Source: Crocinitomicaceae bacterium
GTDB lineage: Bacteria > Bacteroidota > Bacteroidia > Flavobacteriales_D > Crocinitomicaceae
DNA: 64,000 nucleotides
NCBI GenBank assembly: GCA_030830785.1
Contig: JAURMI010000007.1
Span: forward strand, 49,383-113,382
Direction: 5' to 3'
Part shown: piece by piece, positions 21,103 to 30,851 of the stretch
How the letters are laid out: every line of letters begins with the position of its first letter
Position numbering within the stretch: the first letter of the stretch is position 1
Notes under the pieces: model-generated
What the model was told of the DNA's origin: nothing
What the model saw: the letters and a program-made list of their open reading frames with translations, nothing else
The model's database searches: none
Translations under genes and position numbers: made by a program

Positions 21103-22383
21103 TTATTGTTGCAATACAGCTTGTTTTTTCTCTTTGAAGAAAAGCATGAAAAGAACGGCAACCACCAAACAATAAGCAGCAAAACAAAGCCATGCGCCAT
21201 GCCAATCAGTTTCTCCTGATTTTAGAACATAATAATGGTCTATGACATAACTACTTGTTTTCGTGCCTATATAGGCGCCAATTCCATTAGTCATCATAAT
21301 AAACAAGCCCTGTGCGCTTGAACGAATATTGCTTTCGGTATTGGCCTCTACAAACATGGAGCCAGAAATCAGGAAAAAATCAAAGGCCATTCCATAAACC
21401 ACACAACTTAAGACGATGAGTAAGATGCCTATTTGTGAGTCACCAAAGGCAAAAAATCCATAACGCAATACCCAAGCCAGTAAGGCAAAGAGCATTACAT
21501 TTTTAATCCCAAATCTTTTTAAGAAAAATGGGATAGTTAAAATAAAAATCGTTTCAGAAACTTGAGAAATAGAATAAATAATGGTTGAATATTTTTCTAC
21601 AAGAGTGCCTTCAGGAAAACTGCTCAAGTAGGCATCCCCATACATATTAGACAATTGAAGAGCAGCTCCTAAAAGAATAGAAAAAATAAAAAATAGTGCC
21701 ATTCGGTATTGGGCAAAAAGTTTAAAAGCATTTAATCCTAGTTGCTGACTTAAAGATTGTTTTTGGGATGTTTTTCCCTGTGGTGTACATGCTGGTAAAG
21801 AAAAGGCATATAGGCCTAAAAAAATAGCACCAAGACCAGCTATGTAAAATTGATTAACATTGGCTTTGCTTCCGCTCAAATTTGTAAGCCACATTGCAGC
21901 AATGAACCCTATGGTACCCCATACCCTGATTTTTGGAAAATCGTTTTGAACATCGAGGTTATTCATTTTCAAAATACGGAAGCTAACGGCATTTGAAAGT
22001 GAAATAGTAGGCATATAGGCCAACATTCCACCAAAGATTATCCAGTACAACAGATCGTATTCTTCCATTGATTGAAGAGATGGAAAATACTCGTATAGTT
22101 TACTTATATTAGGTATAAGCAGAATAAAAGCTGCATATGTTAAATGCAAAATTCCATATAACCTCTCTGCTCGGATCCATTTGTCTGCCACAATGCCAAT
22201 TATTGATGGCATGATGATTGACGAGAGCGCTAAGGTGGAAAAAATAGCGCCAAATTGAGGGAAAGTCCATCCTTTACCTTCTGTACAATAAGTGCCAATA
22301 GTAGTGAGCCATGCACCCCAAACAAAAAATTGAAAAAAACTAAGTAGGGTAAGTCTAGTTTTAATTGCGGCGGTTAAGTTCAT
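21103..22383 (-). CDS. MFS nucleoside:H+ symporter (NupG/XapB family)
   Basis: 12-TM MFS protein. N-terminus from the internal ATG 22383 (MNLTAAIKTRLTLLSFFQFFVWGAWLTT) aligns with the NupG start, so I prefer it to the track start at 22431. It still overlaps the upstream gene by 23 nt. Confidence 0.8.
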   Translation of the reverse strand: MNLTAAIKTRLTLLSFFQFFVWGAWLTTIGTYCTEGKGWTFPQFGAIFSTLALSSIIMPSIIGIVADKWIRAERLYGILHLTYAAFILLIPNISKLYEYFPSLQSMEEYDLLYWIIFGGMLAYMPTISLSNAVSFRILKMNNLDVQNDFPKIRVWGTIGFIAAMWLTNLSGSKANVNQFYIAGLGAIFLGLYAFSLPACTPQGKTSQKQSLSQQLGLNAFKLFAQYRMALFFIFSILLGAALQLSNMYGDAYLSSFPEGTLVEKYSTIIYSISQVSETIFILTIPFFLKRFGIKNVMLFALLAWVLRYGFFAFGDSQIGILLIVLSCVVYGMAFDFFLISGSMFVEANTESNIRSSAQGLFIMMTNGIGAYIGTKTSSYVIDHYYVLKSGETDWHGAWLCFAAYCLVVAVLFMLFFKEKKQAVLQQ

Positions 22384-22954
22384 CCCGAATTTTTGATGCG
22401 AGTTCGTAATCTTCATTTTCGAGGGCTTCATCTAATTTTTTAACTAGATCTTCATTACGAGCCGATTTCCACTCATTTGAAGTATGCTCCTCTTGTTCAA
22501 AGATATCATTTTCGTTGTCAAAAGATTCAAAATTTTCAATTTGATCTAGAGTAATACCACTTACTTCATCTAGGATGCTGTTCAGGGTATAGATTTCAGC
22601 ATTAAATCTTACTCCAATTGCTATAGCATCTGAGGTCCGAGAGTCCAATTCAGTATAAACGCCATTTTGTTCACAAATAAGTTTTGCAAAAAAGACACCT
22701 TCTTTAAACTTGTAAATTAAAACTTCATTAATATGAACGCCATAAGCAAGTCCAAAGGCCTTAAATAAATCATGCGTTAAGGGTCGAGATGGAATCATTT
22801 TTTCGAGTTCCACAGCAATGGCTTGTGCCTCGAAATTCCCAATAACAATGGGCAATTTACGCAATCCTCCCTGCTCTTGTAAGGTCAAGACATAGGAGCC
22901 AGTTTGCGTCCGGCTATAGGCTATTCCAGTTATGTCAAGGCGTACTTTTTGCAT
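22361..22954 (-). CDS. bifunctional nuclease family protein (DUF151) with C-terminal UVR motif
   Basis: 197 aa. DUF151-like core (LPIVIGNFEAQAIAVELE, RPLTHDL) and a UvrB/C-type helix (ENEDYELASKIRDELN). Confidence 0.75.
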   Translation of the reverse strand: MQKVRLDITGIAYSRTQTGSYVLTLQEQGGLRKLPIVIGNFEAQAIAVELEKMIPSRPLTHDLFKAFGLAYGVHINEVLIYKFKEGVFFAKLICEQNGVYTELDSRTSDAIAIGVRFNAEIYTLNSILDEVSGITLDQIENFESFDNENDIFEQEEHTSNEWKSARNEDLVKKLDEALENEDYELASKIRDELNRRN

Positions 22955-22985
22955 ACGATTGACTTAGTTTTACGTTAATTTGATA

Positions 22986-23927
22986 TTAATGTTGCGCTTC
23001 TTTGAAGCGTTTAATGGCTTCAGTAAAGCGAGGTATGACTTCAAATGCATCACCAATTATCCCATAATTGGCACTCTTGAAAAACGGTGCTTCTGCATCT
23101 GTATTAATTACAACAATTACTTTTGATCCATTCACACCTGCGAGATGTTGAATAGCACCAGAAATTCCAGCAGCTATATACAAATTAGGACGAATAGCAA
23201 TTCCCGTTTGACCGACATGTTCATGATGTGGCCTCCAACCTATATCAGCTACAGGACGAGAACATGCAGTGGCAGCGCCAAGTGCAGCAGCAAGATCTTC
23301 TATCATCCCCCAATTTTCAGGGCCTTTTAATCCTCGGCCTGCTGAAACTACCAGTTCTGCCTCGGGTAGCGCAATAGTACCTTCTGCTTTTTTGGTTGCC
23401 TTTACAACAATTTGACTTGTTCCTGCTTGGCTATCAAATGCTTCAACGGGGCAATTTTGCCCTGTTTGCTCGGGTTGAATGCTATTTGGAAGTAGAGAAA
23501 TAATCCGCTGGCTTGTATTGACACGCACATAGCCAAATGCTTTACCAGAAAACACATTTACCTTAATAGTGCCGTCATTTTCAGGCAAACTAACTGCACC
23601 TGCCACAAGACCGGCTTTTAGCCGAACACTTAAACGAGGTGCAACGGCCTTTCCTACAAGATCATGTGAAAAAACAATAGTGCTTGCTCCTGTTTTTTGG
23701 GCTGCTGCCCAGACCAACTTTACCAATTGGCCAGGGTCTTGGCCATCAATACGCGCATCTATTAATACCTTATTGGCACCATAAATACCAAGCGTTGAAA
23801 GAAGATCATTTGAAGCTGCGCCATTTGTAATCACACAAACATCAGATCCAAGTTTTTTTGCATAGGTAACTGCTTCCAACGCTGTCTTGGATAAACCATT
23901 TATTGAATTGATATAAACTAGATTCAT
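22986..23927 (-). CDS. etfA: electron transfer flavoprotein subunit alpha
   Basis: 313 aa. FAD-binding C-terminal domain (PNLYIAAGISGAIQHLAG, VVINTD). Confidence 0.92.
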   Translation of the reverse strand: MNLVYINSINGLSKTALEAVTYAKKLGSDVCVITNGAASNDLLSTLGIYGANKVLIDARIDGQDPGQLVKLVWAAAQKTGASTIVFSHDLVGKAVAPRLSVRLKAGLVAGAVSLPENDGTIKVNVFSGKAFGYVRVNTSQRIISLLPNSIQPEQTGQNCPVEAFDSQAGTSQIVVKATKKAEGTIALPEAELVVSAGRGLKGPENWGMIEDLAAALGAATACSRPVADIGWRPHHEHVGQTGIAIRPNLYIAAGISGAIQHLAGVNGSKVIVVINTDAEAPFFKSANYGIIGDAFEVIPRFTEAIKRFKEAQH

Positions 23928-23937
23928 GTTTTTAAGC

Positions 23938-24678
23938 TTAAATTACCTTGGCTTCGTTGTGTAGAAGTGATACGAGTTCGTCAAGATTGTTAGGGTCAAT
24001 TAATTTAACACTGGACTTTGCTGCTGGCAAGCTATATCGAGTAAAGGATGTCAGTGAATCAATAGGAGCTGCATCAACAATCGTGAGCGGCTTTGAGCGA
24101 GCAGCCATAATTCCACGCATATTTGGAATTCGTTGTTCAGCCATTCCTTTGGCACAACTTACAACTGCAGGGCCTTGGACTTCTACTTCTTGAACCCCTC
24201 CAACAATTTCTCTTTGACAAAATATGGTGCTGCCAGTAATTTCTAATTTTGTGGCTAAAGAAATAAAAGGGAAATCCAGATGTTCTGCTAACATTCCGCC
24301 AACTTGTGACCCATTAAAATCAATGGTTTCTTTTCCAGTTAGTATGAGGTCATAATTTTTTGTTTTGGCGTATTCTGCTATTTGCATAGCGGTAAAAAAT
24401 GCATCTGTTGCATCTGCATCGATGCGAACGGCTTCATCAGCACCAATTGCCAATGCTTTTCGCATGATGGACTCGTCTGCTGTTGTTCCGACAGTTATAA
24501 TTGTAACTTGACCACCTTGAGCTTCTTTAATTTCTAATGCACGAACAAGTGCATACCATTCGTCATAGGGGTTAACAATGTATTGTACTCCATTTTCATC
24601 AAATGCTGTATTGTCATTAGAAAAGGCAATTTTTGAGGTGGTGTCGGGTGCCTTGGCGATGCAGACCAGAATGTTCAT
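23938..24678 (-). CDS. etfB: electron transfer flavoprotein subunit beta
   Basis: 246 aa, MNILVCIAKAPDTTSKI N-terminus typical of EtfB. Immediately upstream of etfA. Confidence 0.92.
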   Translation of the reverse strand: MNILVCIAKAPDTTSKIAFSNDNTAFDENGVQYIVNPYDEWYALVRALEIKEAQGGQVTIITVGTTADESIMRKALAIGADEAVRIDADATDAFFTAMQIAEYAKTKNYDLILTGKETIDFNGSQVGGMLAEHLDFPFISLATKLEITGSTIFCQREIVGGVQEVEVQGPAVVSCAKGMAEQRIPNMRGIMAARSKPLTIVDAAPIDSLTSFTRYSLPAAKSSVKLIDPNNLDELVSLLHNEAKVI

Positions 24679-24688
24679 GTAAGATATT

Positions 24689-25603
24689 TTATTGCGATGC
24701 TAAGTTAAGTAAAATTGCAAAAAGCAGGGCTGAAAAAAAAGTAAAGAGGGCCACTTTTTTAAGTTCTTTATCGAGGTTTGCCGGGCTTTGTTCTTGAATT
24801 GTACGCTGAAGATGTAGCACAAAGCCAATGGAGGGAATTAGAGCCAGAAATAAAAAATAATTAGAATGCACTGTGGCCAATAAGTAAACACAAAAAAACC
24901 ACGTTGCTAAGCCTGAACATACAAGAATAACATGATAGATCTTTCCTTTTTCAAAACCCAAATTAACAGCAATTGTCCGCTTATTCATTATTCGATCGTT
25001 TTCGATGTCCCTAAGGTTATTAAGATTAAGAACTGCCGTGCTCCAAGCCCCAATGCTAATTGCAGGAAAAATGGTGAGCCATTGAAATCCCTTGCCATAG
25101 AGCATAAATACACCAACCACGCTTACGAACCCAAAAAATAAAAATACCATAAAATCACCCAATGCGCGATATCCGTATGCATTTTTTCCAACTGTATAGC
25201 TAATAGCTGCAATGATGCAAGCGATGGCTAAAACGATGTACGCATAAATTTCTTTTGTAGAAAGATTCTCAACACTTTTATAGATCAACAGCAAAGCACT
25301 TGAAAATGAAACCAAGCTCATAATAATAATTGCTAATCTCATTTGTTTTTGAGACAGAAGACCACTTTGAATTGCCCGTGCAGGCCCTACTCTTTGTGCG
25401 TTGTCTGTTCCTTTCTGACTATCTCCTAAGTCATTGGCAAAATTAGATAGCACTTGAAAACCAATTGTTGTGAGCAGCGCTAAACTTAAAATTTGAGCAT
25501 CAAAAGCACCAAGATGGGCCGCCATCCCAGAGCCAACGATAATACCTGAAATTGATAAAGGCAATGTTCTTAAACGCGCCGCATTGAGCCATGCTTTAAT
25601 CAT
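24689..25603 (-). CDS. menA: 1,4-dihydroxy-2-naphthoate polyprenyltransferase
   Basis: 304 aa UbiA-superfamily membrane protein. WLNAARLRTLPLS N-terminus and NDxxD motifs (NDLGD, NLRDIENDR). Confidence 0.88.
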   Translation of the reverse strand: MIKAWLNAARLRTLPLSISGIIVGSGMAAHLGAFDAQILSLALLTTIGFQVLSNFANDLGDSQKGTDNAQRVGPARAIQSGLLSQKQMRLAIIIMSLVSFSSALLLIYKSVENLSTKEIYAYIVLAIACIIAAISYTVGKNAYGYRALGDFMVFLFFGFVSVVGVFMLYGKGFQWLTIFPAISIGAWSTAVLNLNNLRDIENDRIMNKRTIAVNLGFEKGKIYHVILVCSGLATWFFCVYLLATVHSNYFLFLALIPSIGFVLHLQRTIQEQSPANLDKELKKVALFTFFSALLFAILLNLASQ

Positions 25604-26100
25604 TTTTTATAGATTGGGACGGTGCTACAGGGCTCGCCATACATAATACTTTTAGCAAATGGTTGCAAGAAGCGAACTAAATAAGACATGGCAAAAGCCG
25701 GGTCTGAAATTTCAGCGCAACCTTTTATTATTATTCGTTGCCCTTGAATTTTTTCAATATTTATAGCGCATATTTCTTCTGAAATCAAAGCATTGGCAAG
25801 GTCTTGTTTAGAACCAACTTGGCTGTAGATATTTTCTTTTTGAAGCGCCGAGCTTACCAGCATAAATGCCCATGTGGGAATAATGGCATCGGTACTACAA
25901 TAAATATAGACTGCCTGCCTTTGATATTGCTTCCAATTGTGTTGTTTAATCCAATTTCTAAAATCTTTTTCTTTTAGCACGAGTCCTTGCCAAAGATGTT
26001 CCGCAAGGTCGATACCGACCAATTTGAGTTTTGGTTTGTAATGGGCTAAGTCAAGTTGTATCAAGCCGCTCTCCTTAACTTTATTTCGAATGGTTTCCAC
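25600..26100 (-). CDS. DUF2480 family protein
   Basis: 166 aa with CSTDAIIPTWAFML and GEPCSTVPIYK segments, as I recall for Bacteroidota DUF2480. 4-nt overlap with menA. Confidence 0.75.
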   Translation of the reverse strand: METIRNKVKESGLIQLDLAHYKPKLKLVGIDLAEHLWQGLVLKEKDFRNWIKQHNWKQYQRQAVYIYCSTDAIIPTWAFMLVSSALQKENIYSQVGSKQDLANALISEEICAINIEKIQGQRIIIKGCAEISDPAFAMSYLVRFLQPFAKSIMYGEPCSTVPIYKK

Positions 26101-26109
26101 GCTTTAAAG

Positions 26110-26931
26110 TTACTCCTTCTTTTTATAATCGTAAACAACAAATTTAGCCTCATGTTCATTGGATTGCCCATCTTCATTTTGACCATTATTTTCATCATTT
26201 TCATGGGCTCGAGTTTCGGCGTCAATGGCTCTTTTTAAGTCACCTTCAAAATCAGGCGGTTCTATTCCCAATTCTTTTTCTATTTCAAATTGATATTTTG
26301 GTCTTTGAGGACCTTGCTTTCTGTAAAGAAATGCAAGTAAAACACCCACAACAAGACCTGAGAGGTGCCCTTGCCATGAAACTCTCGGTTGTGTTGGGAA
26401 AATTCCCCAAATCATGGATCCATATAAAAAGACGACAAACAAGGAAAGTGCTTGTAAAGGTAAGTACCTGCGCAACACACCAGAGGTGAAAAGAAAGCCT
26501 GCTAAGGCGTAAATAACACCACTCATTCCAATGTGTATGGCGCCATTGCTACCGCCAATGAACCAAAGAAAGATGCCTGTGAACAGCCAAGAAAGAATAA
26601 ATATACGCCATGCTATGCCCTTGTAAGATTCAAACAAAAGGGTGAGTAATAGAAAAGTTGGCAGGCTATTATTGAGAATATGTTTGATATCATTATGTGC
26701 ATGAATCAATGGCATAAATACAATGCCTCGCAAACCTTTAAGGTGTTGGGCTTGAATGCCGTATTGCTGAAAATCTGTTGTAAAAAGAAAATCTGCCCAA
26801 TAGGCAAGCCACATCAGTACAATCACCATCAATGCTGGAAATGCTGCTTGACGCAGTTCTTTGTTAGGGTAGCTGGCGTAATTCATCTTAATTTTTTGAC
26901 AAGTTCTGTGCCACAGAAAATTTTCTGACAT
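26110..26931 (-). CDS. rhomboid family intramembrane serine protease with acidic C-terminal tail
   Basis: Multi-TM protein. GMSGVIYALAG (GxSG) and a downstream His (QGHLSGLVVG). Start could be the internal ATG (MNYASYP). Confidence 0.8.
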   Translation of the reverse strand: MSENFLWHRTCQKIKMNYASYPNKELRQAAFPALMVIVLMWLAYWADFLFTTDFQQYGIQAQHLKGLRGIVFMPLIHAHNDIKHILNNSLPTFLLLTLLFESYKGIAWRIFILSWLFTGIFLWFIGGSNGAIHIGMSGVIYALAGFLFTSGVLRRYLPLQALSLFVVFLYGSMIWGIFPTQPRVSWQGHLSGLVVGVLLAFLYRKQGPQRPKYQFEIEKELGIEPPDFEGDLKRAIDAETRAHENDENNGQNEDGQSNEHEAKFVVYDYKKKE

Positions 26932-26942
26932 AGTGGCATCAT

Positions 26943-27422
26943 TTATTTCTCCACTCTGAAACTTGCCAAAGTATTTGCCATGCCTTTTGAAATAAATGCA
27001 CTGTTCTCAAAATTAAATTCAAGACTTAGGAATCCACAAGTTTTAAGCCATGTGGCTTGATTGCTTAAATAAAATCCTAATTCGCTTAATCCTTCGTTAT
27101 GACCAACAACTAATATATCGCCTTCATGATCAATCTTACAAATCTCTTTGAGGATTTCTAGTTTGGATGCCAAGTAGAGTTCATCTCTAAATTGAACGAT
27201 GGCCTTTGGCCACAATTCTTTTAAATGAATTAGGGTTTGCTCAGTACGTTTTGCACTTGAGCAAAGAATATAAGTAGGGTTGATGGGTTGTTGCAATAAA
27301 AAAGATTTCAATAATTCTATTTGTTCATAGCCTCGAGATAAAAGTTCGCGATCAAAATCATTTCCTGTTGATGAAATTGGATTGGTCTTTGCATGGCGTA
27401 AAAGATGGAGTTTCATAGGCAA
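26943..27422 (-). CDS. histidine phosphatase family protein (SixA-like)
   Basis: 159 aa. LLRHAKT (RHG-type motif variant) and VVGHNEGLS second-His motif. Confidence 0.75.
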   Translation of the reverse strand: MPMKLHLLRHAKTNPISSTGNDFDRELLSRGYEQIELLKSFLLQQPINPTYILCSSAKRTEQTLIHLKELWPKAIVQFRDELYLASKLEILKEICKIDHEGDILVVGHNEGLSELGFYLSNQATWLKTCGFLSLEFNFENSAFISKGMANTLASFRVEK

Positions 27423-27428
27423 TATAAA

Positions 27429-28337
27429 TCATTTTATTTTTGCTTTGAATTTACTGCTGAGCCTGTGCGAATATAGATTGGCACCCTCGCAAGTCATGTG
27501 GTGAGAGTCATAGAACCAATCTGGGTTATTGAATTCATCATTACTAATGATTGAATATTCCTTAAAATTCTCTTGTAAGATATATTTATGTTCAAGACTA
27601 GGAGAAATATTTAAAATCAGTTTGGCTCCATTTGTCTTGCACAATGCATCAATTTCACTCAGAGAAGCAAATCTATTTAGCGCTTTATTTGTTTGTTTTT
27701 TATTCCATTGGCTAATTGAAGGTTGATTGGAACAGACGAAGCCTTTTTTGAGGTAAGTGCCATTTTTGGGGTCCAAAATTATGTGAGGTTTTGAGGCAAC
27801 AAGTTGTTTGATAAAAAAGTAAAAATAGCGTAGCCAAAGTTTGCCTTGTGGATAACTGCAAACCAATTTAGTTTTATTCCACCAATCAAGCGTAGAATTA
27901 TAAATGAGGTCATGTGCGGATTCTAGACCATCGAGCTGTGTAACAGGCTCATAGATATCGAGTAAAATATAATCAAATTTATCTTTGCTAAAAGCATGTT
28001 TTAAAAGCTGTAAACTAATAATTGGTGGTTGTCCACTACTTGCGTAGTTAAACCAATTGAGATCTGTGGTTTGATCTAAAATATGAGGGTTTATATTGCG
28101 ATAGGCCGTTGAGGATCCGATGATAAGTCCTCGGGGTTTCGAGGATTTTTGATTTACCCATATTTCAAATTCCGAAATCCGCTCCCAACTGCTTCCCCAA
28201 TGAGTTTGATGGCCAAGCGTTTTTTGTTCAATTTTTAGCGTCCAGTTGGTCGAAAGTGCGATTAGTGTTAAACCCACTATAATGCTAATAAAAAAGAAAA
28301 AGCCGAGTTGGAATAATCTGAATAAAAACTTGCGCAT
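27429..28337 (-). CDS. membrane-anchored SGNH/DltD/AlgJ-like partner of the MBOAT acyltransferase (putative O-acetyltransferase component)
   Basis: N-terminal TM anchor, GLIIGSSTAY (GSS block) and DSHHMT (DxxH block). Start ATG 28337 overlaps the MBOAT stop as TGATG (1 nt), so I prefer it to the track start at 28385. Confidence 0.55.
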   Translation of the reverse strand: MRKFLFRLFQLGFFFFISIIVGLTLIALSTNWTLKIEQKTLGHQTHWGSSWERISEFEIWVNQKSSKPRGLIIGSSTAYRNINPHILDQTTDLNWFNYASSGQPPIISLQLLKHAFSKDKFDYILLDIYEPVTQLDGLESAHDLIYNSTLDWWNKTKLVCSYPQGKLWLRYFYFFIKQLVASKPHIILDPKNGTYLKKGFVCSNQPSISQWNKKQTNKALNRFASLSEIDALCKTNGAKLILNISPSLEHKYILQENFKEYSIISNDEFNNPDWFYDSHHMTCEGANLYSHRLSSKFKAKIK

Positions 28338-29758
28338 CAAAACTGAAAATAAATAAATGTTTGTTCGCCCCCTAGTTTGAGCCAAATGGCCAAAGCAAAA
28401 CTAAAATATATAGCCATTCGAAGGGGTTGCCATGTTGGAACACGCAATTGGCGTTCGTTGTGTCGCAGATACCAATCAATAAGTAGCAATATGCTGCCCA
28501 ACACGACTATACTCTTGCCTGAAATCATTCCCAGTTGGGTCCAATTTGTAAATATGCAGCTTATAAAACCTATAGCATTTTCCAAATTTTCTGCCCTAAA
28601 GAAAATCCATGCAAATGTCACAAATACAAAGGTGAGTATCATCTGACGAAGTTCCTTTAAAGAAGGCAAATGTTTATTTAAGGCAACAGTATCTGTGTTT
28701 TTTCGATTTCGCTTTAAAAGCAATAAAGGAAGAAATCCACAAGCATGTATAAAGCCCCAAACGATAAAATTCCAACTCGCTCCGTGCCAAAACCCACTCA
28801 CTAAAAAAATAATAAAGGTATTTCTCACCGACTTTGATAACCCTTGCCTAGAGCCGCCAAGGGGAATATAAAGATAGTCCTTGAACCAAGATGATAGCGA
28901 TATATGCCAGCGTCGCCAAAACTCTGCAATATCTCTTGAAAAATAGGGAAAACGAAAATTGCTAAGCAGCTCAAATCCGAACAGCTTAGCAGTTCCTAAT
29001 GCTATATCCGAATAACCTGAAAAATCACCGTAAATCTGAAATGCAAAACCAATTGCTGCCAAAAAGAGGGTAGGGCTATTGTAGTCAATGTAGTTCGTAA
29101 AAATTGGATCAATAACTTGAGCAATAGCATCGGCGATAACTACTTTTTTGAATAGCCCCCATAAAATTAGTCTACAGCCTTCTAATGCTTGTTGATATGA
29201 AAATTTTCTTGCTTTTTGAACTTGCGGCAACAAATGCCCTGCTCGTTCAATTGGCCCAGCCACCAATAGAGGAAAGAAACTGACAAAAACCGCATAGTCG
29301 ATAAAGTTTTTTACTGGTCTTTGATGATTGCGATAGATATCAAAAACATAGGACATGCCATGAAAGGTATAAAACGAAATTCCAACAGGAAGCGCAACGT
29401 TTAATAAAACCGGATTGGTATGAAAACCAATAAGTTCAAGCCCTTCTTGAAACTGTGTGACAAAGAAATTATAGTACTTAAAAATTGCTAAAATGCCAAG
29501 ATTGTTGAAAATACTCAACCATAAAAAAACCTTTGCTTTTTTCTTGTTACTTGAGCTTACCCCAAAGCCATAAAAATAATCTAGAGTTGTACTAAGTAGC
29601 AGTAAACCCATAAACTGCCAACTCCACCAACCATAAAAGAAGTAGCTTGCCAGTAGAATTAATAAATTCTGCAAAACAATTTTTCGCTGAAATACGAACC
29701 AATATAGTGCAAAAACGATTGGTAGAAAGCCAAAAAATTCAAAAGAGTTGAAGAGCAT
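28337..29758 (-). CDS. MBOAT family O-acyltransferase (AlgI/DltB/PatA-like)
   Basis: 473 aa polytopic protein. RRWHISLSSWFKDYLYIPLGG and FLVSGFWHG signature with the conserved His. Confidence 0.9.
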   Translation of the reverse strand: MLFNSFEFFGFLPIVFALYWFVFQRKIVLQNLLILLASYFFYGWWSWQFMGLLLLSTTLDYFYGFGVSSSNKKKAKVFLWLSIFNNLGILAIFKYYNFFVTQFQEGLELIGFHTNPVLLNVALPVGISFYTFHGMSYVFDIYRNHQRPVKNFIDYAVFVSFFPLLVAGPIERAGHLLPQVQKARKFSYQQALEGCRLILWGLFKKVVIADAIAQVIDPIFTNYIDYNSPTLFLAAIGFAFQIYGDFSGYSDIALGTAKLFGFELLSNFRFPYFSRDIAEFWRRWHISLSSWFKDYLYIPLGGSRQGLSKSVRNTFIIFLVSGFWHGASWNFIVWGFIHACGFLPLLLLKRNRKNTDTVALNKHLPSLKELRQMILTFVFVTFAWIFFRAENLENAIGFISCIFTNWTQLGMISGKSIVVLGSILLLIDWYLRHNERQLRVPTWQPLRMAIYFSFALAIWLKLGGEQTFIYFQF

Positions 29759-29788
29759 CTTGGCCTAAAAATAGCAATTAAAAATCCA

Positions 29789-30847
29789 TTACTTAGATGA
29801 ATACATTTTTTGATAATAGCGCTGATAAGCTCCGCTGGTCACTTTTTTAACCCATTCTTTATTTGACAAGTACCAATCAATAGTGAGGTCAAGGCCTTGT
29901 TCAAAGCTTACTGTGGGTTGCCAGCCCAATGCTGAGCAAAGTTTAGAAGCGTCAATAGCATAGCGTTTATCATGTCCGGCACGGTCCTCTATATGAGTGA
30001 TCAAATTGGCAGAAGTACCAATTTCTCGGCCAAGTTTTTCATCCATACATTTACATAAAAAATTTACTAATTCTAGATTTGTCCATTCATTAAGTCCACC
30101 GATGTTATATGAATGCCCTATTTCTCCATTGTGAAAAATTGTATCAATTGCCTTTGCATGGTCTTCAACCCAGAGCCAATCTCTGATATTATCCCCTTTT
30201 CCATAAACGGGTAAAGGTTTGTTTTCAATAATATTGTGAATCATCAACGGGATTAATTTTTCTGGAAATTGATGTGATCCATAATTATTAGAGCAGTTAC
30301 TTATTTTTATAGGGAGCCCAAATGTATGATAGTAAGCCCGAACAAAATGGTCTGAGGAAGCTTTCGATGCCGAGTATGGGCTTCTTGGGTCATATGGACT
30401 ACTTTCATTAAAAAACCCGCTTTCTCCAAGGCTACCATATACTTCATCGGTTGAAATATGATGAAAGACATGGTTACTTTTGTTGGACCATGATGTACGC
30501 GCCACCTCCAAAAGTTTTACCGTGCCAACTACATTAGATAAAACAAATTCCATGGGGCCATGTATTGATCGATCAACATGACTTTCAGCGGCCAAATGGA
30601 TGACATCGGTTATTTGATAATCTGAAAATACGCGTTCAATAGCCTTCTGGTCACAAATATCGGCGTGTACAAAACAGTAATTGGGAGCTTCTTGGATATC
30701 GGTAAGATTTTCCAAATTCCCGGCATAAGTTAGTTTATCTAAGTTGACAATTCTATAGTTGGGATATTTTTGCACCAAAAGGCGAACAACATGTGAGCCA
30801 ATAAACCCAGCGCCACCAGTTACAAGAATATGTTTGTCAAATGTCAT
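29789..30847 (-). CDS. rfbB: dTDP-glucose 4,6-dehydratase
   Basis: 352 aa extended SDR. VTGGAGFIGS, YSASKASSD (YxxxK), typical RmlB length and C-terminus. Confidence 0.9.
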   Translation of the reverse strand: MTFDKHILVTGGAGFIGSHVVRLLVQKYPNYRIVNLDKLTYAGNLENLTDIQEAPNYCFVHADICDQKAIERVFSDYQITDVIHLAAESHVDRSIHGPMEFVLSNVVGTVKLLEVARTSWSNKSNHVFHHISTDEVYGSLGESGFFNESSPYDPRSPYSASKASSDHFVRAYYHTFGLPIKISNCSNNYGSHQFPEKLIPLMIHNIIENKPLPVYGKGDNIRDWLWVEDHAKAIDTIFHNGEIGHSYNIGGLNEWTNLELVNFLCKCMDEKLGREIGTSANLITHIEDRAGHDKRYAIDASKLCSALGWQPTVSFEQGLDLTIDWYLSNKEWVKKVTSGAYQRYYQKMYSSK

Positions 30848-30851
30848 GATT

